This document shows positions 57,969-64,000 of a stretch of DNA of 64,000 bases, in pieces. The translations under genes were made by a program, and so were the position numbers. Under the pieces are notes generated by a model that was given only the letters and a program-made list of their open reading frames with translations, was not told the origin of the DNA and searched no databases. The first letter of the stretch is position 1; every line of letters starts with the position of its first letter. The DNA is from Pseudomonadota bacterium (GTDB lineage Bacteria; Bdellovibrionota; UBA1018): assembly GCA_027485695.1 (NCBI GenBank), contig JAIXQO010000005.1:16358-80357 (forward strand), written 5' to 3'.

Positions 57969-58794
57969 GATCGGCCTGACGTCGCTCGTACTACTCGTTT
58001 TTTCGAGTTGTTCGAGTCTCCTCTATTTCCCGGACAAAAAAGGCTATCTCTACCCTGGGCAATTCAAGCTCGTGCCAGAGGAGTTCCAGGTTCAAACTGA
58101 CGACGGTTTCAAACTCGAATCTTGGTGGGTGAAATCGGAAACAAAACCGGTCAAAGGCGTCATCGTTTTCTTCCACGGTAACGCTCAGAATCTGACTGCG
58201 CAGTTCCCGCAAGCCTCGTGGTTCCGTCATTTCGGTTACCACGTGCTCTTATTTGATTACCGCGGCTACGGCGTATCCGAAGGAAAACCATCTCCCGAAG
58301 GGACCGTCATCGACGGCAAAGCGATCCTTCGCGAAGCTAAGCGTCGGGCCGGGTCACTCCCGATCATCGCATTCGGGCAGAGTTTGGGCGGAGCGATTCT
58401 TCTTCGTACGGCGATCGAAACTCAAGACGAAATCCCCCTTCAAGGGATGCTCCTCGATTCGACTTTTCTTTCGTACCGTCACGCCGCTCAAGAATTGCTT
58501 TCCAAAAACTGGATCACCTGGCCGTTTCAATGGTTAGGACTTCTGGTGATGAGCGATTCTTGGTCTCCCGCCGGCACGGATCGGCCTTTTCCAAAAATCC
58601 CGTACTTCGTAATTCATGGAACGAAAGACATCACGGTCGACTACAATCTCGGTCGGGAGCTTTATGAAAAACTCCCGGAAAATAAAACCCTGCTCACTAT
58701 CGACGGCGGTACACACACGGACGTATTCTTTAGAAACGACGGCAAGTACCGCGAAACGGTTTTGGAATGGCTCGACCGTACCGCAAAACGATAG
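57946..58794 (+). CDS. Alpha/beta hydrolase lipoprotein
   Basis: AGGAG then TTG; lipobox FSSC; FHGNAQN, DYRGYG, GQSLGG, HGTKD, catalytic His (GGTH). Confidence 0.9.
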   Translation: MRYNGISKIGLTSLVLLVFSSCSSLLYFPDKKGYLYPGQFKLVPEEFQVQTDDGFKLESWWVKSETKPVKGVIVFFHGNAQNLTAQFPQASWFRHFGYHVLLFDYRGYGVSEGKPSPEGTVIDGKAILREAKRRAGSLPIIAFGQSLGGAILLRTAIETQDEIPLQGMLLDSTFLSYRHAAQELLSKNWITWPFQWLGLLVMSDSWSPAGTDRPFPKIPYFVIHGTKDITVDYNLGRELYEKLPENKTLLTIDGGTHTDVFFRNDGKYRETVLEWLDRTAKR

Positions 58795-58812
58795 CCCTCT
58801 GAGGAATCCCCT

Positions 58813-59703
58813 TTGAACTGGATTGAAATTGGTCTCTATCTTATTTCGATCCTGATCTGGGGCTCCACCTGGCTCGTCATTAAGTTCCAGTTGGGAATCG
58901 TTCATCCGGCCGTGTCCGTCGGATATCGTTTTCTCGTAGCCGCCGTTCTCCTGCTGGCATTTGCGGTTGTTCGCGGCAAGAAGCTCCGTTTCCCGCTGAC
59001 GGTTCATGGACTCATCGCCGCACAGTCACTGTTTCTCTTTTGCCTGAACTACCTTTGTCTCTATTTCTCGGAGCAATCCCTCACTTCGGGTGTCGTCGCG
59101 ATTCTCTTTTCACTCCTCACCGTTTCCAACGCAATCGGTGCGAAGTTCCTATTCGACGAGCAATTGACTGCTCGTTTCTGGTGGGGAACGGCAATCGGCG
59201 TCGCCGGTATCCTGCTGGTATTCTCAAGCGAACTCAAGGATTTCACACTCACCCATGATCAAGGCGTCGCATTCGGCTTGGCCATCCTTGGAACCCTCAG
59301 CGCATCGGCTGGGAATCTGATTTCCAAACGCCTCTATCAACACTCAATCGAAGTCATTCCCGTGACCGCCATCGGAATGGCGTACGGAGCATTCTACACG
59401 CTGGCCGGATGTTTTCTACTCAATCTACCGTTCGTATTCCCCAGAGATACGACCTATCTTGCGGCTCTTCTCTATCTGGCGGTGTTTGGTTCGATCATCG
59501 CATTTGTCTCTTATCTGACTGTCCTTCGTCGCATCGGGGCCGCTAAGGCTGGCTACATGTCGATCATCACGCCGGTCGTGGCCATCCTGCTCTCGATGAT
59601 TTTCGAAGGACTCCGCGCCACTCCGATTGTGATCTTCGGGATGATTCTCTCGCTCGCCGGGAACGCGCTCGTCATGATTCGTCGTCGTAAGACGTCCATC
59701 TAG
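58813..59703 (+). CDS. EamA/DMT-family transporter
   Basis: IWGSTW, YRF, YLAVFGSIIAF, RRIGAAKAGY. Confidence 0.92.
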   Translation: MNWIEIGLYLISILIWGSTWLVIKFQLGIVHPAVSVGYRFLVAAVLLLAFAVVRGKKLRFPLTVHGLIAAQSLFLFCLNYLCLYFSEQSLTSGVVAILFSLLTVSNAIGAKFLFDEQLTARFWWGTAIGVAGILLVFSSELKDFTLTHDQGVAFGLAILGTLSASAGNLISKRLYQHSIEVIPVTAIGMAYGAFYTLAGCFLLNLPFVFPRDTTYLAALLYLAVFGSIIAFVSYLTVLRRIGAAKAGYMSIITPVVAILLSMIFEGLRATPIVIFGMILSLAGNALVMIRRRKTSI

Positions 59704-59756
59704 TTCATGAACTCTCCGTCAAAAATCCGCCTACCATAAATTGATACCTCTACACA

Positions 59757-59784
59757 TTAAGTAAATATAAAATTAGACCGAACC
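59757..59784 (+). promoter_or_regulatory. Putative sigma28 promoter
   Basis: TTAAG-N15-ACCGAACC upstream of the GGGAG RBS. Confidence 0.6.
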
Positions 59785-59802
59785 ATCCCAAGGGAGACGA
59801 TT

Positions 59803-62343
59803 ATGAAAAGAATCCAGACTAACGCCATGACGCGTTTGATTGTGGTCGGAGTCACTGCAGCCGTTACAGGATTTGCCTGTAGTCAGCGCGTGAACACGGA
59901 CCCGAACGCATCGGCACTCGGCCAATCCAACGATTCGGGCACCGGTACAGGAAGCTCAAGTGGCTCCGGTTCCGGCACTGGCCCTGGCCCAGGCGTCACA
60001 ACGACTGCCACGCCAGCGCCTACCGAGACGTTGACGCCGACGCCAACCCCTACCGAAACAACTACGGCAACTCCAACTCCGACCGGCACGAATACCAATC
60101 CTCCCGGTGGCGTTGGACTCAATCCATTCATTATTCAGCCGCCCAAGAGTCCGAACGCGGATCCAAGTGCGCCAACGGGCTTCTTCAACTCGGGCGAAAC
60201 ACCTAAAATTGTTTGGGGAGCAACGGGAACGACGGCAGGTACGGTCGATTTCTACTTCTCCAAGAACAAAGGCAACAGCTGGTCGCTCATCAAGTCCGGA
60301 CTGCCGCTCACGTCGCAGTGGACCTGGGATCTCCCAAAAGAAACCGTTGGGTTTGATGCGGACAAAACCTGCAAAGGCCGCTTGAAAGCCGTGATCAAAT
60401 CGACGAATCCACTTCAAACCAAAGAAGTGTTCTATCCATCGCCGATTTGCATCGATCATCAGCCTCCAAAACTGAAAAATGCAAAACTCTATCCAGAGAC
60501 CCGTCCAAATGCCGGCGGCGATCCTCTGAAAGTGAGCCCGAACGAGAAAGTCGTCGTGACTTTCAAAGCGTCGGACGACATCGGTTTCCCAGCGAAACCA
60601 GTCAAACTCTACTGCAAGAAACCAGACGGCTCTCAAGTTGTCGTGGTCGATCAGATTTCTGAGAACGTCGTCGCTGAGTCTCAAGGCGTGTTCTGGACCG
60701 TTCCTGCCGGAACGGAATGCCAGAAAATGATCCTCTTGGTTCGCGATCTCGGCGGCAAAGAAACCACGTTCACGCTTCGCGGAGTGACCTCGGGTGACGA
60801 CGATGGCGGCGGAAACGCAAACTGCAAACCGGGCCTCAACAAAAACGATCCGGACTTGCTCGGTTACTACTGTTTCAACGGCGATTTCAAGGACGCAAGC
60901 CCTAAGAAAAACGACCTGATTCCAGGTACGCTCGAGGGAACATTCAACAATAAACCACTCAGTCCCGTGAAGATCGTCAAAGACTTCGCTTTCGGAAAAG
61001 CGGGTGAGTTCGATGGCCGCGCATTCGCGGTAGCCAAAAAACTCAACGACTATCCAGATGGAGCGAAATCCAGGACGATCATGACCTGGGTTTACACGAC
61101 TCCAAAAAGCTGGCTCAAGCCAACGGGTCCACAGACTCTGCCTCGCCAGAACGCCGTCTTCAACTACGGCAAAGCCTGGGAAAAAGATCGCAGTGTCGGC
61201 ATGGAACTCTGCTGTTACGAGGGCTGTAAGTGCCCGACGCCAGACCGTCCAGTGACGACGATCAACACGTACCTCTGGGACAACGACGTTCACACCGGTC
61301 TCGGAACGCCTGCTTCGCAAATGGGCATTCCGAAAAAAGGCTGGTGGCACTACGCCGTCACGATCGAAGAAGCGACCAAAAAAGTTCGCGTCTACATCAA
61401 CGGTAAGAAGGTCAGCGACCAGGCAATGGGCACGATCGACACGATCGCGACCGACCTGCGAATCGGTACGGGCGAACCAGCCTGGGAACCGGGCAGCGAC
61501 GGTAAATACCACAATGGTCGTATGGCTCACTTCGCTTTCTTGAAGCGCATGCTGACAGATGACGAAATCAAAAAAACGTACGATAAAACCAAACCACACA
61601 AATGCGAAGACGGTGATGACGACGAGGACAAAGGCTACTGCGATGGCGTAAAAACCAACGTGTACTACGTGCCAGAATCCAAATTCGAATCACTCAATCC
61701 AGCCGATGTTGCATCGAATGACGCGAACCAGACGTTCGCTTACTTCGAGAACAACACGACCGAAGTGGTGACGCGCAATAAACCGGCGTATTTCCGAAAC
61801 CTCGCGCACACCACTCGCGATTGGGAAGAAGGTTTCCCGGACTATACCGGCACTCCAATGACCAATAACGACGGTGCTCGCCTCAAGGAGTACTACTCGT
61901 TCAAAACGATCGATACGTACATCAAGATGGGCGACGATGCGGATATGACTGCGAATTACCAATTCGCAGTGATCACCGACGACGCTGCGATCTTCGAGAT
62001 CTCCGGCAAAGAAGGCTCGAGCTACAAGAAGCTCATCACGGGCGGATATGGTCCTCCGAAGTTCATCTGCGCCTCGGAAACCGTTCCCCTGAAACGCGGT
62101 GAGCTCTATCCGGTTCGTTTCCACTATCAGCAAGGTCCGCGAAATCACACGGCCGCCGTGCTCTTGTGGAGAAAGAATCCGAACTCTTGCTCGAGCGATA
62201 CGACGAACTGCGGAACCGCTGGTTACGAGCCGAAATATTTCAACGGCTCAGACCTCTCGGCCCAGGTGAAAAACCAAGGCTGGCAGATTGTTCCTTCGGA
62301 TAACTTCCGATTCAAAAAATCGTCCGGCGATTCTTGTTTCTAA
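59803..62343 (+). CDS. Adhesin-like lipoprotein: PT-rich linker, Ig-like domains, LamG-like domain, PA14-like domain
   Basis: Lipobox GFAC; TPTPT repeats; WWHYAVT..VYINGK (LamG); YQFAVITDDAA..YQQGPR..LLW (PA14). Confidence 0.85.
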   Translation: MKRIQTNAMTRLIVVGVTAAVTGFACSQRVNTDPNASALGQSNDSGTGTGSSSGSGSGTGPGPGVTTTATPAPTETLTPTPTPTETTTATPTPTGTNTNPPGGVGLNPFIIQPPKSPNADPSAPTGFFNSGETPKIVWGATGTTAGTVDFYFSKNKGNSWSLIKSGLPLTSQWTWDLPKETVGFDADKTCKGRLKAVIKSTNPLQTKEVFYPSPICIDHQPPKLKNAKLYPETRPNAGGDPLKVSPNEKVVVTFKASDDIGFPAKPVKLYCKKPDGSQVVVVDQISENVVAESQGVFWTVPAGTECQKMILLVRDLGGKETTFTLRGVTSGDDDGGGNANCKPGLNKNDPDLLGYYCFNGDFKDASPKKNDLIPGTLEGTFNNKPLSPVKIVKDFAFGKAGEFDGRAFAVAKKLNDYPDGAKSRTIMTWVYTTPKSWLKPTGPQTLPRQNAVFNYGKAWEKDRSVGMELCCYEGCKCPTPDRPVTTINTYLWDNDVHTGLGTPASQMGIPKKGWWHYAVTIEEATKKVRVYINGKKVSDQAMGTIDTIATDLRIGTGEPAWEPGSDGKYHNGRMAHFAFLKRMLTDDEIKKTYDKTKPHKCEDGDDDEDKGYCDGVKTNVYYVPESKFESLNPADVASNDANQTFAYFENNTTEVVTRNKPAYFRNLAHTTRDWEEGFPDYTGTPMTNNDGARLKEYYSFKTIDTYIKMGDDADMTANYQFAVITDDAAIFEISGKEGSSYKKLITGGYGPPKFICASETVPLKRGELYPVRFHYQQGPRNHTAAVLLWRKNPNSCSSDTTNCGTAGYEPKYFNGSDLSAQVKNQGWQIVPSDNFRFKKSSGDSCF

Positions 62344-62366
62344 CCGAATCGTTGAAATAGACCTTC

Positions 62367-62402
62367 AAAAAGGGCGAGAGACTTCGGTCTCCCGCCCTTT
62401 TT
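62367..62402 (+). terminator. Intrinsic terminator
   Basis: AAAAAGGGCG.GAGAC-TTCG-GTCTC.CGCCCTTTTT. Confidence 0.88.
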
Positions 62403-62457
62403 ACTTTTTCTTGCGTAGACGAACAATGGAGAGTGAGAATAGAAAACCGAGGTCGCT

Positions 62458-63096
62458 ATGAGTAAAAAACAGGTTGAAACGTTCAAGAAGCAAGTCACCG
62501 CGCTCGCCCGCAAAGGCGACTACAAATCGGGCGTCGAGCTTGCCAAACAAGCCCTGAAACGGGATCCGAATGAAATTCACTACCTCTATCAGTACGCAAA
62601 ACTCCTCGGCGATTGGGCTGATGACTTACCCGCCGTCAGACGCAAAAAATATAAACAAGAGTCGATTGCGATCCTAAAAAAACTCCAAAAACGCATGAAT
62701 GAAGCAGACGAGACGCTTCAGTGGGGAATCGGCCTGAACTACTACTATCAACGCGCCGATTTTCGCGGCATGCACACCTGGGGCATCCAACTCGAAAAAC
62801 AACAACATCCGAACGGAGTCTATGCGCAAGGCGTGGGAGCAGCGCTACAAGCGCAGAAACTTCATCCACGCGCTGGCGCGAAATCCTGGGCTAAGAAATC
62901 GGTCGCCGCTTGGAAACGTTACGGACTGAAAAAAGAAAAATACTATTTCCCGCACTACTGCCTCGCTCTGGCCCTAGCGGTTCAGAGAGACTTCGATGCC
63001 GCAATGAGCGCGCTTAAAACGGCCGCTCGCGTGAGCAAACGTCCAGTCGACAATGAGGAATTCGCGGACGCACTCGAACTGATCAGAACCCCTTAA
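62458..63096 (+). CDS. TPR-like helical hypothetical protein
   Basis: GAGG RBS; AKQALKRDPNE and LALALAVQRDFDAA TPR-like helices; basic. Confidence 0.75.
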   Translation: MSKKQVETFKKQVTALARKGDYKSGVELAKQALKRDPNEIHYLYQYAKLLGDWADDLPAVRRKKYKQESIAILKKLQKRMNEADETLQWGIGLNYYYQRADFRGMHTWGIQLEKQQHPNGVYAQGVGAALQAQKLHPRAGAKSWAKKSVAAWKRYGLKKEKYYFPHYCLALALAVQRDFDAAMSALKTAARVSKRPVDNEEFADALELIRTP

Positions 63097-63116
63097 TTCG
63101 TGTTAAGATCAGCTCG

Positions 63117-63902
63117 ATGAAGCTCCGTTTTTCCCTGCTGATTGCAGCTACGTTGATCCGTCCAGTGAGCACACTGGCAGAGCTCACTTGTCCGTCCGAG
63201 GTAACCATCGGTTGTACTACGGGCCTCTGCGGAGATCGTGTTCGTGACGCCATTCGGGCGGTCGTACCTACCTCGACCAGAATCATCTGGAAATCACTCC
63301 CTCGACTCGACCTCGAATCCGAGACGATTGACGGCGTGATATCTCCCGGCGGCAAGGATCTCGTCCTGGATGCTTACCTGGACCGCATCCCAGAAGCAGA
63401 ACAAAAAACCTACGTGAGCCTCGACCATCAAAAAGGGAAACACACGCCTGCTTCGATCAATCGAGATCAATTCGAGCTGAAATTCTGGAAGTCCTATTTC
63501 ACGAGCAAGCAATACCGGCACGTGGCTGCGCTGGGTATTTGTTATGGTCATCAGGTGATGGCGGTAACGAATGGGTTTTCACTCTATTCTGATCTCCGCA
63601 GCCAGCTGGGAATACCAGCTCGCTACAGTGTCGAAGATTCGATTTCGTTTCCGGTGCCGTTCTTCGATTCGACTCCCGAACCCTTCCTTGCTCGCGAAGA
63701 ACACCACCAAGCCGTCCGGAAACTAGGAACGTCTCAAGAAAAAGGGCAAATTTTTGCGACCTCCAACCGTGGAAAAATCATCGAAGGAATCCGCTACGAC
63801 GGCCGCCCCGCCTACTCGGTACAATTTCATCCGGAAATCAGCCGCCTCGAAGTCAGAGTGGCTACGCTCCTACCATTTGTCCAAGCCCTCTGCGATCGGT
63901 AG
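63117..63902 (+). CDS. Peptidase C26 / class I glutamine amidotransferase-like hydrolase with signal peptide
   Basis: PGGKD, LGICYGHQ, HHQAV, VQFHPE. Confidence 0.88.
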   Translation: MKLRFSLLIAATLIRPVSTLAELTCPSEVTIGCTTGLCGDRVRDAIRAVVPTSTRIIWKSLPRLDLESETIDGVISPGGKDLVLDAYLDRIPEAEQKTYVSLDHQKGKHTPASINRDQFELKFWKSYFTSKQYRHVAALGICYGHQVMAVTNGFSLYSDLRSQLGIPARYSVEDSISFPVPFFDSTPEPFLAREEHHQAVRKLGTSQEKGQIFATSNRGKIIEGIRYDGRPAYSVQFHPEISRLEVRVATLLPFVQALCDR

Positions 63903-63947
63903 ACTCCGCCTTGCTCCTACTACACGCCCACTGCTAGAATCCATTAT

Positions 63948-64000
63948 ATGGCGAGGCGACGTTACCGCAAAAAACACGCGAAAAGATCCATGGAGAATTA
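63948..64000 (+). CDS. Probable CDS start (truncated by window end)
   Basis: TGC-TAGAAT-N7-ATG, then an open frame MARRRYRKKHAKRSMEN. Confidence 0.45.
   Translation, partial: MARRRYRKKHAKRSMEN

Noticed and set aside
59930-60090. GS and TP repeats as a tandem DNA repeat or CRISPR
   Set aside because: Low-complexity protein linker with varied codons; no repeat-spacer structure and no cas genes in the window.
59956-61599. Long antisense ORFs (547 aa here; also 48207-49253, 54294-55337, 56787-57956, 25015-25986 and 33722-34804)
   Set aside because: They are shadows of well-supported genes on the opposite strand, arise from codon bias and have no recognisable motifs.

Overview
Bacterial chromosomal segment, gene-dense, with no rRNA, tRNA, CRISPR array or intact mobile element detected. 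Gene content points to a predatory Bdellovibrionota/Oligoflexia-type organism (inference): short flagellins, many secreted or lipoprotein hydrolases, and DUF3015/DUF4105 genes. Recognisable blocks: a transglutaminase-elicitor-family protein; BON plus DUF3341 stress genes; an isonitrile biosynthesis operon (pvcA-like, pvcB-like, FAD monooxygenase, HAD phosphatase); lpxH; two tandem flagellins; meaB; ppk2; the SOS mutagenesis cassette lexA-imuA-imuB-dnaE2; xerC and trmFO; two large S8 proteases; three EamA transporters; and adhesin-like lipoproteins. The most striking element is a five-gene operon at about 18.25-23.9 kb behind a sigma28-like promoter. It encodes an outer-membrane protein (CsgG/FlgO-like domain plus beta-barrel), a TPR lipoprotein, a 749-aa protein, MotA and MotB. 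The 749-aa protein appears to fuse two FliF-like periplasmic ring-building domains, a TM helix and a complete FliG-like rotor domain. This reads like a self-contained envelope-spanning rotary motor separate from the canonical flagellar basal body. Other signals include a recurring sigma28 motif before non-flagellar genes, many leaderless-type promoters, an 18-bp perfect inverted repeat operator at lexA, and a recurring R-x-[PLI]-A-S peptide motif. All family assignments are from motif recognition by eye; no searches were run.
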